Assembly (NCBI GenBank): GCA_963796055.1
Contig: CAWCKH010000004.1
Span: 1,664,001 to 1,728,000 of the forward strand
Source: an uncultured delta proteobacterium
GTDB taxonomy: Bacteria; Myxococcota; Myxococcia; Myxococcales; Myxococcaceae
Direction: 5' to 3'
Length of the DNA stretch: 64,000 bases
Part shown: positions 30,558 through 40,926 of the stretch, piece after piece
Position numbering within the stretch: the stretch's first letter is position 1
Layout of the letters: each line of letters starts with the position of its first letter
Program-made: the position numbers and the translations under genes
Notes under the pieces: generated by a model
What the model saw: the letters and a program-made list of their open reading frames with translations, nothing else
Database searches by the model: none
What the model was told of the DNA's origin: nothing

Positions 30558-31258
30558 CCACCTCCCGAACTGCACCCGTTGCCGTCCACTCCACCGGCAA
30601 TCCGGCCATCCTCGCTGCCGGCCACCAGGAGGACGTGGTGGTCGGCGACCGGCTGGTGCGCTTCCGCGCCTACACCCGGGCGCTCCACTGGGGCGTGGCG
30701 CTGACGTTCTTCCTCTGTCTCTTCACCGGACTTCCCATCTGGACGCCCATCTTCGGCTGGATGGCCTTGCTCTTCGGCGGGCTTCAGGTGTGCCGATGGC
30801 TGCATGCCTGGACGGGAATCGCCTTCGCGGTCCTCGCATTCCTCCAGCTCGTGCACTGGGCGGGTGTGATGTGGATGGGCGAGGCCGACAGACGCTTCGT
30901 CAAGCTGGGCAACTTCCTGGCCTACATGCGATGGGAGACGCACGACGAGGACGTCGGCAAGTTCAACGGCGGCCAGAAGATCCTGTTCTGGCTGAGCACG
31001 CTGGCAGCTCTGGGCCTGCTGCTCACCGGGGTGGTCCTGTGGTTCCCGAACCTGTTCGGAATGGAGCTGCGAAGGATCTCCCTGCTCCTCCATGACGTCA
31101 CGTTCATTCTCTTCGGGCTGCTGATCATCGGGCACATCTACCTGACGGTCGCCGAGCCAGGAACGTTCGGCGGGATGGTCAAGGGAACCGTGAGCCGGGA
31201 CTGGGCCCGTCTGCACCACCCGAGGTGGTATCGCGACGTGACCGGCAATCGGCGGTAA
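30554..31258 (+). CDS. fdnI: Formate dehydrogenase-N gamma (cytochrome b556) subunit
   Basis: RALHW, WLH, GKFNGGQK, LLHD..GHIY, WARLHHPRW. Confidence 0.92.
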   Translation: MTTSRTAPVAVHSTGNPAILAAGHQEDVVVGDRLVRFRAYTRALHWGVALTFFLCLFTGLPIWTPIFGWMALLFGGLQVCRWLHAWTGIAFAVLAFLQLVHWAGVMWMGEADRRFVKLGNFLAYMRWETHDEDVGKFNGGQKILFWLSTLAALGLLLTGVVLWFPNLFGMELRRISLLLHDVTFILFGLLIIGHIYLTVAEPGTFGGMVKGTVSRDWARLHHPRWYRDVTGNRR

Positions 31259-31299
31259 GCCGCCGAGACGACCCAAGCCGGTCCCGAGGCTTGGCGGCT

Positions 31300-31338
31300 G
31301 CTGGGGTTCACCGGCCACCTCTGCGGATGAAGTCCTCG
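31300..31338. repeat. 39-bp scar of the 3' end of the integrase-HTH gene (copy of 1416-1454)
   Basis: gctggggttca(c/t)cggccacctctgcggatgaagtcctcg, 1 mismatch. Confidence 0.85.
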
Positions 31339-31510
31339 CCCAGAACCGGGAGACCCTCCTGACCTCTTGCACCGCGCACATCCTGCCGACACGTCTTTCC
31401 CGGCCCTCAGGGTTTGCCGGGATAGCCCGCGTCGTTCGCCCGGCGGAACTCCGGTGACGTATGAAGGAGGTGCGGACCGTCGCCTGTCATCGCGTCAGCC
31501 GGAGCGGCCA

Positions 31511-34500
31511 GTGAGCGAGAAGCGGGGCACAGCAGCAGGGCTGCCGCACGGGAGCACCGCTGGAATCGAACACTCTGCGGAGAACCGCACCGCGCCCGTC
31601 ACCCCTCCGACCCCCGACGGTCTCTCCAGCGCTCCACGGGCCGTGCCCCGACTCGTGCCCGGGGACCACCTGGCCAATCGCTACACCGTGGTGCGGTTCG
31701 TCGCCCGGGGCGGCATGGGTGAGGTCTACGAGGTGCGGGATGACACCCTGCGGACCCGTGTCGCGCTGAAGACCATCCTCGCGGAGTTCTCCTCGGATCG
31801 CGAGGCCCTGGAGCGTTTCCGGCGGGAGGTCCTCCTTGCGCGGCGGATCACCCATCCGAACGTCTGCCGGATTCACGACCTCAGCTCCGGGGAGGTGAGA
31901 GGAGAAACTCTCCACTTCTTGACCATGGAGTTCCTCGACGGGGAGACCCTGAGCCGACGCCTCCGGACCGGTGGGCGGATGGCGACCGACGAGGTGTTGC
32001 CGCTTCTCCGGCAGATCGCCGCAGCCCTCGACGCCGCGCACGCCGAGGGCGTGGTGCATCGGGACTTCAAGACCAGCAACGTGATCCTGGTGACTCGCGA
32101 GGGGACCACCGAGGTTCGCCCGGTGATCACCGACTTCGGAATCGCCCATTCGCCGAGCGCGGAGCTGGGGGACGCAGTGACGGGTTCCAGGGCGGTCGGT
32201 ACGCCGGAGTACATGGCTCCAGAGCAGGTAACCGGCGGCACGGTCGGCCCTGCCGCGGACGTGTACGCCCTGGGGATCGTGCTCTACGAAATGCTGACCG
32301 GGCACACCCCATTCGAGGGCGGCACACCTTTTCAGGTCGCACTCCGGCGCGTTCGGGAGCGGCCCCGCCCGCCCAGGGAGACGGTTCCAGGCCTGGAGCC
32401 TCGCTGGAACGAGGGCGTGCTCCGTTGCCTGGAGACGAATCCGGAAAATCGCTTTGGGCGGGCCCAAGAGCTGGTGCACTTCCTGGAGACGGGCATCGGT
32501 CCCCCACGCCGACGGCTTCGCCGCCGCGTCCTGGGTGGAGTGCTGCTCGCGGTGCTTTCGCTGCTGGTCGTGCTCGGTCTGGTGCTCCGGCATCGCGCAC
32601 ACCCGCCGAAGGGAGTCTCCATTCGCCCGCGTCCGGTCGCGGCGATCGGGACGCTCGCCGCGGCGGAGGATCTCGGGGAGCAGCGCTGGGTCCCGGCGGC
32701 CCTGCGCCAGCTCCTGGAGCTCGAGCTCGGAGCCAAGCCCTCCTCGCTCCGGATGGTCCCGGCGATCTCCGTGGGTTGGGCGCGGAGGGCGCTGGGGCTC
32801 GACGCCGACTCGACGGTCGAGGGGACGGGAAGGGAACGACTGGGGACTCTGCTCGGAACCCAGTCGCTGCTGGTGGGGAAGGTACGGCGAGACGCCTCTC
32901 CCGGTCAGCTGGCGGTGCTCATCGACCCGGTCGGTGGAATGCCCGCGGTCTCCGAGTCCTTCGCCTCCGACGACGTGCTTGGCGCCGCCTCGCGGCTGGG
33001 TGAGAGGCTCCGGCAGGGGCTCGGGCTGTCACTGAACGACGAGGAGCGCGCGTGGCTCGCCGCCAGGCGCCCCCGTTCGGCCCAGGCGGCCCGCTTCTTC
33101 GCCGAAGGAGTGAGTCGACTGGTGGCCGATGACATCCCCGGAGCCCAGCGGCTCTTTGCCGCCGCGTCGGCCGCCGACGGGTCGTTCCACGCGGCGGTCC
33201 TGGCCGAGGCCGAAAGCTGGCTCGCCATCGGGAACGTCCGGCAGGCGCGCAACGCAGCACAGCGAGCGAAGGATCTCGCCCGGACGCTCTCGCTCCGGGA
33301 ACAGCGGGAGAGCGAGATTGCGCTCGCCCGGGCGTCGGAGGACGAGGGCGCAGCGCGAGCCCAGCAAAAGGCGCTCTACGCCGATTGGCCGGACGACCCG
33401 CGCCTGGCGGAGGCTCTGATGGATGCGGCGTCGACCCTCGAGGAGGGTCAAGCCGTCCTTCAGCGCTGGCGTCAGGCCAGTCCCCCTGGCGCGTTCGACT
33501 TCGCGCTTGGAATCGAGGAGGCGGCGCTCCTCGCTCGTTCCCAGGGTGCTCCGTCCGCGGACGCCGCGTTCGAAAGGCTCGAGGAAAGGGCGCAGGCCCT
33601 GGGTTCGAGCCACACCCTGGGGAGGATCCTGCTCGTCCGGGCATTCACCTTCGCCAGGAGCGATCACTCCAGGAGTCTGACCTACGTCCGTCAGGCGCAG
33701 GAGGCCCTTCAGCGAGGTGGATTCCTGGCTGACCTGGCCCTGGCCAAGGGCGACGAGGTCCTCTACCTCCGGGAGGGGGGTGATCCCCGGCAGGAGGTCC
33801 CGCTCCGGGAAGCTCTGGCGATCTACCGGCGCCTCGGGATGCGACGGGCTGCGGCGAACCTGGTCTTGATGGCGGGCTGGTCGGCCCTCTACCAGGGCGA
33901 TGTCATCCAGTCGCGAGAGCGTCTGCGGGAGATGGATGACGAGTACAGGGCCATCGAAGCGTCTCCAAGCTCCTGGGCACTGGGTCTTCGAGCCTGGGTC
34001 GAGTGGACGGAGGGCAACCTGGCCGAGTCGCGCCGTAGCCTCCAGGAGATGCGCAAGCGCGCAGAAGTCGACGGAAGCGGGAACAACCACGCGGGGATGC
34101 CCAACCTCGAGGGAATGATCCTGACCGAAGAAGATCGGATCCCGGAGGCCATCGCGGTCCTGGAGCAGGGGCGGGAGCAGTTTGCCTCGCTTGGCCTTGC
34201 CGACTACGAATGGAAGTGCGCCCTCATGGCGTGCCGGGCAAGCTGCCGGGGTGGGCGCCCGGCGGAGGGTCTGGCGTGCCTGTCGCATGTGGATGTCGGC
34301 CAGGTGAAGAACTCCCCCTGGTTGCATCCGCAGTTCGAGGCCGAGTGCCTGATCGACGTCGGTGACTCGAGCAAGGCGAAGCTGACCCTGGCCCGCGCCT
34401 CGAGTCTCGGCGAGACCTACGGAGTCAATCACCTTGTCTTCGAGGTGCTTCGCGGTCGGGTGGAGACCCTGGAGGGGCGAGCGCGCCCGGCCGCGGCACG

Positions 34501-34702
34501 TCTCCGGCCGGTGGCCGCCGAGGCTCGCCGACGTCACTGGAACGGACTGGCGCTGGAGAGCGAGCTCGCCCTCGGAATGGCCGAGCTCGCCGCAGGGATT
34601 CCGGGTGCCCGAAAGCGACTGCTCGCGGTCCAGGAGGAGGCGAGCAGGCGTGGACTCCTGGTCGTTGGCCGCCGGGCCGGCGCGGCACTCGCCGCCGAGT
34701 GA
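31511..34702 (+). CDS. Ser/Thr protein kinase with TM helix and helical/TPR-like C-terminus; start uncertain
   Basis: RGGMGEV, VALK, HRDFKTSN, DFG, GTPEYMAPE. Confidence 0.9.
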   Translation: MSEKRGTAAGLPHGSTAGIEHSAENRTAPVTPPTPDGLSSAPRAVPRLVPGDHLANRYTVVRFVARGGMGEVYEVRDDTLRTRVALKTILAEFSSDREALERFRREVLLARRITHPNVCRIHDLSSGEVRGETLHFLTMEFLDGETLSRRLRTGGRMATDEVLPLLRQIAAALDAAHAEGVVHRDFKTSNVILVTREGTTEVRPVITDFGIAHSPSAELGDAVTGSRAVGTPEYMAPEQVTGGTVGPAADVYALGIVLYEMLTGHTPFEGGTPFQVALRRVRERPRPPRETVPGLEPRWNEGVLRCLETNPENRFGRAQELVHFLETGIGPPRRRLRRRVLGGVLLAVLSLLVVLGLVLRHRAHPPKGVSIRPRPVAAIGTLAAAEDLGEQRWVPAALRQLLELELGAKPSSLRMVPAISVGWARRALGLDADSTVEGTGRERLGTLLGTQSLLVGKVRRDASPGQLAVLIDPVGGMPAVSESFASDDVLGAASRLGERLRQGLGLSLNDEERAWLAARRPRSAQAARFFAEGVSRLVADDIPGAQRLFAAASAADGSFHAAVLAEAESWLAIGNVRQARNAAQRAKDLARTLSLREQRESEIALARASEDEGAARAQQKALYADWPDDPRLAEALMDAASTLEEGQAVLQRWRQASPPGAFDFALGIEEAALLARSQGAPSADAAFERLEERAQALGSSHTLGRILLVRAFTFARSDHSRSLTYVRQAQEALQRGGFLADLALAKGDEVLYLREGGDPRQEVPLREALAIYRRLGMRRAAANLVLMAGWSALYQGDVIQSRERLREMDDEYRAIEASPSSWALGLRAWVEWTEGNLAESRRSLQEMRKRAEVDGSGNNHAGMPNLEGMILTEEDRIPEAIAVLEQGREQFASLGLADYEWKCALMACRASCRGGRPAEGLACLSHVDVGQVKNSPWLHPQFEAECLIDVGDSSKAKLTLARASSLGETYGVNHLVFEVLRGRVETLEGRARPAAARLRPVAAEARRRHWNGLALESELALGMAELAAGIPGARKRLLAVQEEASRRGLLVVGRRAGAALAAE

Positions 34703-34715
34703 CGCGCGGATCCGG

Positions 34716-36653
34716 CTAGGGATTGAGCTTGGTGAGCCGCGTCGCCCAGTTGCCGAGTGCGGTCCGTGTGCCGCCGCAGGAGCCGATCGCACCGGAGAGC
34801 CACTGGGCCAGCGTGCAGGTCTGGCCAATGTACTCCGACGCGAGCCAGACCGATGTCCCATCGGTGACCGCTGCGCCGTAGTCGCCCCAGCGCGTGCGCG
34901 GCGGATTGCCGACGAACGCCTTGTAGCTGGTGAAGCCGTCGGCGGGACCGAGTCCGGTGGCCGCGAGATGGATGTCCCCGACGTTGCCGCTGGAATCGAT
35001 CGGCGCGTATGCGGCGCTCGGATAGTAGTCGTCACCGAGGACCGAGAACGCGATCGCGCCGCGACCATTCGCGCCGATTGCGATCGCCGGATACGTCAGA
35101 TTGTTCCCCGCGAGCGCCAGGTATCCCTGCTTCTTGACCTGGCCCTCGACCTTGCCCGCACCGTTGATCTTCGGGCGGACCGCGAACCAGGCGATCCCGG
35201 CCTCGAGCCGGCCACCGACCTCCACCCCGGTCGCCGCCGCACCCCACAGCGTCCCGTTCACGTACCAGGTCTGCTGCATGCGGTTGTCGTTCGCGTCGGG
35301 ATGCGATTCGACCTCGTCGTGCGCCGGCTCGTCGAAGAACAGGAGCTGCCAGCAACCGAGGCCGAACAAGGTCGTGTCGTTGACGCACTCGCCGAGCGGG
35401 ATGTCACCCGGCTTCTGGTTGGCCTTCGGCGGGTCGACATACGTCTCGCTGACGATGGTGCGGCTGGTGACCACCAGCGCCGGCGTCGCCGTGCTGAGTG
35501 ATGCGGTGTTGGTGATTGCCCAGAGCCCGATCCGCTTGGCGGTGCAGAAGCGCTCGGGACAGACGTCGGAGATCGTGCTCAGCATGTACTCGGTTCCGTC
35601 TTGCTCGTCGGAGTACTGGCCAGCGGGCGAGGTCGCGGGCCAGGCCGTGAAGCCCGGCAGTCCGTCGATGCCGAGGGGCCCGAGCAGCGTGACTGGCAGC
35701 GAGGCGGGGTGAGCGGCGAGCTGCGCTTTGGAGAATGCGAAGACGTTGACCCCATTGAATCCCGGCCCGAACAGCGAATACTCGTTGGTCGTGACGTAGA
35801 TGCCGTTCCGGTCCCCGCCGATGTGCGGATAATCCTGGAAGCACGGACCGGGTCCGAGGTCCTCGTCCAGGCAACCGTGGTTGGGCGTTCCGTCCGTTCC
35901 GTCGTTCTGTGCCGGCACGCGGTAGATCGTCCATGCGTCGGTGGGGTCACCCGTGTTGCTCACCGCGACGTCGATCGTGTTCTTGCCGTTGAAGGCCGGT
36001 GTCGTGCCAAGGCGATGGAGCGTCGTGATCACGACGACGAAGCGGTTGTTGTCCGGGTCGTAATGGCAGACCGGGTCGATCACGTCCGCGCCGTATTCCA
36101 ACGTGGTCCTGTTGATGGCGGCCGGATAGCCGAAGAACGTGTTCAGGTCGACCGCGCCCGTCAGCTGGGCACCGCTCGTGCTCCAGATGCTCAAGACGCT
36201 GTTGACCGCCTCGACGACGTACCCGTTGCCCACGCACAGCGCCTGGTCCGGCGGCTCGACCGAGAACTGGTTGCCGCCATTCGCCTGGCGCTGGTCGCGA
36301 TGATTCAAACCCTGGAAGCTGAGTTGAAGCGCGGGATTGGAGAGCGACACCGCGCTCGTGGGAACGACGGGCGTCTCCAGATTCTTGTGTGGCAACATTC
36401 CGAGCTTGCGCCCCGGACGGGGCCGGTTGAACGAACCGGCGACGCCGTCCGATGCCTCGGCTTCGGATTCGGGCCTCGTCCCAAGCTCCGGGAACTGGAG
36501 CCCATCGACGCCCATCGTGCTGGCCGGCAACGTCGCCGTCCCTCCTGATGGGATGAGTCTCGTCCCGGCCGCCGCGGGAAACGCGAGCAGCAAACACGCC
36601 ACCGTGCACGGAGCAAGCGATGGCCATGCCCCTCGAGATCTTTCTTCGCTCAC
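34716..36653 (-). CDS. Conserved secreted hypothetical protein
   Basis: Signal peptide; EPPDQALCVGNGYVVEAVN, DYP, RWGDYGAA. Confidence 0.75.
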   Translation of the reverse strand: MSEERSRGAWPSLAPCTVACLLLAFPAAAGTRLIPSGGTATLPASTMGVDGLQFPELGTRPESEAEASDGVAGSFNRPRPGRKLGMLPHKNLETPVVPTSAVSLSNPALQLSFQGLNHRDQRQANGGNQFSVEPPDQALCVGNGYVVEAVNSVLSIWSTSGAQLTGAVDLNTFFGYPAAINRTTLEYGADVIDPVCHYDPDNNRFVVVITTLHRLGTTPAFNGKNTIDVAVSNTGDPTDAWTIYRVPAQNDGTDGTPNHGCLDEDLGPGPCFQDYPHIGGDRNGIYVTTNEYSLFGPGFNGVNVFAFSKAQLAAHPASLPVTLLGPLGIDGLPGFTAWPATSPAGQYSDEQDGTEYMLSTISDVCPERFCTAKRIGLWAITNTASLSTATPALVVTSRTIVSETYVDPPKANQKPGDIPLGECVNDTTLFGLGCWQLLFFDEPAHDEVESHPDANDNRMQQTWYVNGTLWGAAATGVEVGGRLEAGIAWFAVRPKINGAGKVEGQVKKQGYLALAGNNLTYPAIAIGANGRGAIAFSVLGDDYYPSAAYAPIDSSGNVGDIHLAATGLGPADGFTSYKAFVGNPPRTRWGDYGAAVTDGTSVWLASEYIGQTCTLAQWLSGAIGSCGGTRTALGNWATRLTKLNP

Positions 36654-37011
36654 GATGTTCCTCCCCTCTATGAGCTGGAAACGTCATTCCCGGGCCCCTG
36701 GCTTTCCGGGGCTTCCGAGGCGCGCGATGGTGAGGAGAACTGCGCGCGTTGTCCACATCGATCCGCACACGGTCTCGTCGGCATGTCGAGTAACCGGACC
36801 TGCACACGAACGACTCGCCGGGGAGCGCGGGCGGGACCGATGCCGTGCCGATGAGCGGCGCTTGCCAGATTTTCCGGAAACGCCGAACCGACCGGCCGGT
36901 GGGTCTTGAGTATCCTGCCCGGATTCATGGAGATCGGACCGGCGCTCAGCCCCTACGAGATCCGGGGAGGGGGCGGGTCCGGCGTGCCCCAGACGAGGTC
37001 TTCGACTGACG

Positions 37012-37653
37012 ATGGCGAACCCCGCGGCAGCCCTTCCCTCCGACTTTCGGTGGATCCCCGACTGGATCGAACCGGCTGAAGCCGGGCGCCTCTTCGAGGT
37101 GCTCCTCACCGAGACGCCCTGGGAAGACCATGTCCTCACCATCGCCGGGCGGCAGGTCCCCCTGCCTCGCCGGGTGGCCTTCTACGGCCCGTTCCCCTAC
37201 GCCTACTCGGGGATCATCCATCCGGCGCGTTCGCTTCCGCCGGTGATCGAGGCGTTGCGCGGCCGGAGCGAGGAGACGGCCGGCCAGCCGTTCAACACCG
37301 TGCTCATGAATCTCTACCGCTCGGGCAGCGATTCGGTCTCCTGGCACAGCGACGACGACTACCCCCACGGCGGCCACCCGGGGGTGGCCTCACTGAGCCT
37401 CGGGGGAGCGCGTCGCTTCCGCATCGCCCACAAGGGGCGCTCCGGTGAGCGCTACTCGCTCGACCTCACGCCAGGCGGGCTCCTGATCATGGGCGGGACG
37501 AGCCAGCGCGACTACCGCCACGCCTTGCCCAAGAGCGCGGAGGGCCACGGCGCACGCGTCAACCTGACCTTCCGTCACATGTCCGCGCCGAACTTCCAAA
37601 GGCGGACTGAGCGAGCTCCCGGATCGGGCCGGGGCCTTGGACCTATTTCATAG
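37012..37653 (+). CDS. AlkB-family 2OG-Fe(II) dioxygenase
   Basis: NLYRSGSDSVSWHSDD, SLSLGGARRF, HALPK, RVNLTFR. Confidence 0.88.
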   Translation: MANPAAALPSDFRWIPDWIEPAEAGRLFEVLLTETPWEDHVLTIAGRQVPLPRRVAFYGPFPYAYSGIIHPARSLPPVIEALRGRSEETAGQPFNTVLMNLYRSGSDSVSWHSDDDYPHGGHPGVASLSLGGARRFRIAHKGRSGERYSLDLTPGGLLIMGGTSQRDYRHALPKSAEGHGARVNLTFRHMSAPNFQRRTERAPGSGRGLGPIS

Positions 37654-38487
37654 CGGCTTGCGACAGATCACCTGTACCGGATGGGTGCGGCCTTCCTCGA
37701 TGTTGCGCGCCGCATTGCGCGTCTTTTGCGGCGCGGTCTCGCCCATGAGAATGTGGATACCGAGCGGAGGCAACGCGCCCTGCGCGGCCAGCTCCATCGT
37801 GCGTTTGTAAGCGGCCAGATATTTCTGTCCGGTCTCCTCGATGAGCACATTCTCGAAACCTGCGCGTTCCAGCGCGAGGTGTGTTTGCGACGGCGACATC
37901 AGGTAGGAGCCCTTGCCGTCCATGGACCAGGGCAACGGGTAGTAAGGATTCCCGGTGGGTCCCAGACCGTGTTCGGTCAGCGCAAAGAATGCGCCGGGCT
38001 TCAGCACCCGATGAGCTTCGCCGAAAAAGCGAGCCCGGTCGGCGACGTTCATGGTGACGTGCTGCGTGTAGGCGCCGTCGAAAACGTCGTCTGGGTACGG
38101 CAGGTGCTGGCCGTCTCCTTGCTGAATCGTGACCGCGTCTTGCATCCCCACGAGCGCGGTCAACTTCTTGGCCGCCTCCACGAACGCCGGCGTGATGTCG
38201 ATACCGCTGACCTTGCACCGAAAGCGCTTCGCGAAATAACGCGCGGGCCCGCCGAGGCCGCAACCGATATCGAGTATGTGATTCTCGGGTTTGACGGGCA
38301 GACGGTCGGCGAGATCGAGGGTGGCGGGGAAACCGCGCGCGTGGAAATGATCGAGCGGCGCCAAGTCTTCGACCGTCACCGCATCCGTAGACTTTCCCGC
38401 TTTCGCCAATGCTGCCAGGATCAGCGCGTAGACGTCGCCGCTGCCCCAGTGATTCGCGATTGCGTTTTCTGGTGGCATCGTTGCCAT
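37648..38487 (-). CDS. Class I SAM methyltransferase (sarcosine/dimethylglycine N-methyltransferase-like)
   Basis: DHFHARG, LDIGCGLGG, HVTMNVADR, RVLKPG; lower GC. Confidence 0.82.
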   Translation of the reverse strand: MATMPPENAIANHWGSGDVYALILAALAKAGKSTDAVTVEDLAPLDHFHARGFPATLDLADRLPVKPENHILDIGCGLGGPARYFAKRFRCKVSGIDITPAFVEAAKKLTALVGMQDAVTIQQGDGQHLPYPDDVFDGAYTQHVTMNVADRARFFGEAHRVLKPGAFFALTEHGLGPTGNPYYPLPWSMDGKGSYLMSPSQTHLALERAGFENVLIEETGQKYLAAYKRTMELAAQGALPPLGIHILMGETAPQKTRNAARNIEEGRTHPVQVICRKPL

Positions 38488-38692
38488 CCTCAAATGCCCT
38501 CACTTCCGCGAAGCACTACTCCATTGCGGTGCGCGCTTGAAGCACCGCGACGGAGCTCGGGGCACGAACCGCCGCAGAGCGAGCCGCGGGCCTTCGTCCG
38601 GAGGGCGATGAGCCGGCAATGACCACCCGACCCCCGATGTTCCGGTCGGATCGAGGCCGCGTGCTACGCTTCGCCGCCGAGGTCGGTCGAGC

Positions 38693-39898
38693 GTGGCAAG
38701 TCCCGTGTACAGCTTCGGTCCGTTCCGTCTCGAGACCCACGAACGGAGGCTCCTGCGCGACGGATCCGTCGTGCCCCTCTCCGGCAAGGCGTTCGACACC
38801 CTGGTCCTCCTCGTCGAGGGAGCAGGGACGCTGCAGCGCCAGCAGGACCTCATCGACCGGCTCTGGCCAGACACCTTTGTCGAGCCCAACAACCTCCAGG
38901 TCAACGTCTCGCTGGTCCGGCGGGTACTTGAAGGGGTGACGGGCGTGGAGCTGCAGACGGTGCGGGGGCAGGGGTACCGGCTCATGGCAGACGTCACCCG
39001 GCCGGAGGGCGTCGACGTCACGGCCCCGGCGCCGGCCACGAGCGCGAGCGCCGCGCAACGGACCTACGTTTGCAGGGCGGCGGACGGCGCACGGCTCGCC
39101 TATGCCCGGCTCGGGGAAGGGCCGCCGGTCGTCAAGGCGGCCAACTGGCTCAGCCACCTGGAGCTCGACTGGAAGGGCGAGCTCAACCGGCGCTGGCTCG
39201 AGCTGCTCAGCCGGGGGCGGTGCCTGGTCCGCTACGACGCGCGCGGGAATGGACTGTCCGACTGGAGCCCGCCGAGCCTCACCTTCGAGAGCTTCGTCTC
39301 CGACCTCGCCACCGTGTTCGACGCCGCGGGGATCGAGCGGGCGCCGGTGGTCGGCCTGTCGCAGGGCGCCGCGGTGGCCGCCGCGTACGCTGCCCGCCAT
39401 CCGGAACGGGTCTCGAGGCTGATCCTCATCGGCGGGTGCGCGCGAGGCTGGCGGGTCAAGGGACACGCCCGGCTCACCGAGCAGGTCGAGGCGATGATGG
39501 TGCTGATGCGCACCGGCTGGGGCGGCCGGAACGCCGCCTTCCGCCAGATGTTCACCTCGCGCTTCTTCCCGGACGCGAGCCCGGAGCTGGCCGAGTGGTG
39601 GAACGAGCTGCAGCGCGAGACCACCACCCCGGAGAACGCGGCCAATCTCCTCTCGGCGCTCGGCGACCTCGACGTCCGCGACGAGCTGCCCCGGGTGAGA
39701 GCGCCCGCGCTGGTGCTGCACGCCAGGAAGGATGCCGTGGTCCCGATGAAGGACGGCCTGGAGCTCGCCAGCGGCATCGCCGGCGCCCGCTTCGTCCCAC
39801 TGGAGAGCGGCAACCACGTGCTCGTCCCCGGCGAGCCGGCGTGGCAGCGCTTCGTCGCCGAGGTCGAGGCGTTCCTCGCTCAGGACAGCCTCAGCTAG
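38693..39898 (+). CDS. Winged-helix (CadC-like) DNA-binding domain fused to an alpha/beta hydrolase
   Basis: FGPFRL..LWPDTFVE..TVRGQGYR; RYDARGNG, GLSQG, SGNH. Confidence 0.87.
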   Translation: MASPVYSFGPFRLETHERRLLRDGSVVPLSGKAFDTLVLLVEGAGTLQRQQDLIDRLWPDTFVEPNNLQVNVSLVRRVLEGVTGVELQTVRGQGYRLMADVTRPEGVDVTAPAPATSASAAQRTYVCRAADGARLAYARLGEGPPVVKAANWLSHLELDWKGELNRRWLELLSRGRCLVRYDARGNGLSDWSPPSLTFESFVSDLATVFDAAGIERAPVVGLSQGAAVAAAYAARHPERVSRLILIGGCARGWRVKGHARLTEQVEAMMVLMRTGWGGRNAAFRQMFTSRFFPDASPELAEWWNELQRETTTPENAANLLSALGDLDVRDELPRVRAPALVLHARKDAVVPMKDGLELASGIAGARFVPLESGNHVLVPGEPAWQRFVAEVEAFLAQDSLS

Positions 39899-39911
39899 GC
39901 CAAGCTTCGAC
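39838..39911 (+). repeat. Left arm of an inverted repeat (3' end of the wHTH-hydrolase gene)
   Basis: gtggcagcgcttcgtcgccgaggtcgag.gcgttcctcgctcagga.agcctcagctaggcc. Confidence 0.8.
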
Positions 39912-39920
39912 AGCCCTGGG

Positions 39921-40118
39921 TCAGCCGCCACGCATCTCGCGCGCGAACTCGGCGAAGGCCTGTTCCAGGGCGCGGTCGAACGCCTCGTCGTGGCTCTCCA
40001 GGACTGCGGCGCGCGGTCCCAGCAAGTACGCGTGGACTCGCTCCAGCAGGGAGGGTTGCGCCCTGTGCCGTCCCGCCACGGTCTTCGGCGGGTGTGCTTC
40101 GTTTGTGAGGGTGGTCAT
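39921..40118 (-). CDS. Small hypothetical protein
   Basis: MTTLTNEAH..; ggag upstream; co-oriented with mddA. Confidence 0.45.
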   Translation of the reverse strand: MTTLTNEAHPPKTVAGRHRAQPSLLERVHAYLLGPRAAVLESHDEAFDRALEQAFAEFAREMRGG

Positions 40119-40158
40119 GCGCTTCTCCCAGTGAGGGTGTCGGGTGGGGATGGCGGCA

Positions 40159-40926
40159 CTACTCCGCCTCCAGGGTGTCCACGCGGTCGGTGGGCGCGCG
40201 TCTGGGAATCGGGACGAGCCCTCGGACCTGCTCGCGGTAGGCGAGATACCGCGCCCCGTACTCCCGCACCAGGTCGCGCTCCTCGAGCTGGATGCCGACG
40301 AGGATGTACCCGAGCGTGGCGAGCGCAAAGACCAGGTGCCCGACCGTCATCGTCGGCGCCGCCCAGAACGCCACGATGAAGCCCAGGTACATGGGGTGGC
40401 GTACCAGCTTGTGGAGCACCGGGGTCCCGAAGCGCGGAGCCGGGAGCTCCTTTCGTCGGGCCGCGAGGTAGACCTGCCGGAGACCGAAGAGCTCGAAGTG
40501 ATTGATGAGGAACGTGCTGAAGAAGACGAGTACCCATCCGAGCAGCGACGCCGCGGTGAGGGCGGCACGAAGGCCGAGGCCGTCGATCGACCAGACCACC
40601 GCGGGGATCGGCCGCCAGAAGTAGAAGAGGGCGATCAGGCAGCCACTGCTGGCGAGCACGTAGGTGCTCCGCTCCACGGCAGCGGGGACCAGGTGCGTCC
40701 ACACCGCCTTGAATCCCCGCCTGGCCATCCCGCTGTGCTGCACCGCGAACAGGGTGAGCAGCACGGCGTCGACCAGGAGCGCCGTGGCCACCGGCACCAC
40801 CGGTCTGCCTCGGTCGACGCTGCGCGGAACGAGCACGTTCCCGACGAACCCGATCGCGTAGGAGCTCGTCCCGAGGGACACGACGTAGCTGAGAGTTCCG
40901 TACACGAGGTAAAGCGTTCGCTTCAC
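40159..40926 (-). CDS. mddA: Methanethiol S-methyltransferase (ICMT/NnrU-like family)
   Basis: YAIGFVGN, FAVQHSGMAR, ERSTYVL, STFLINHFELFGLRQV, VRHPMYLGF..FWAAP.MT.GHL, EERDLV; RBS aaggag. Confidence 0.85.
   Translation of the reverse strand: MKRTLYLVYGTLSYVVSLGTSSYAIGFVGNVLVPRSVDRGRPVVPVATALLVDAVLLTLFAVQHSGMARRGFKAVWTHLVPAAVERSTYVLASSGCLIALFYFWRPIPAVVWSIDGLGLRAALTAASLLGWVLVFFSTFLINHFELFGLRQVYLAARRKELPAPRFGTPVLHKLVRHPMYLGFIVAFWAAPTMTVGHLVFALATLGYILVGIQLEERDLVREYGARYLAYREQVRGLVPIPRRAPTDRVDTLEAE

Noticed and set aside
36927..36975. Second kinase N-terminal stub (MEIGPALSPYEIRG)
   Set aside because: Suggestive but too short and degenerate to call.
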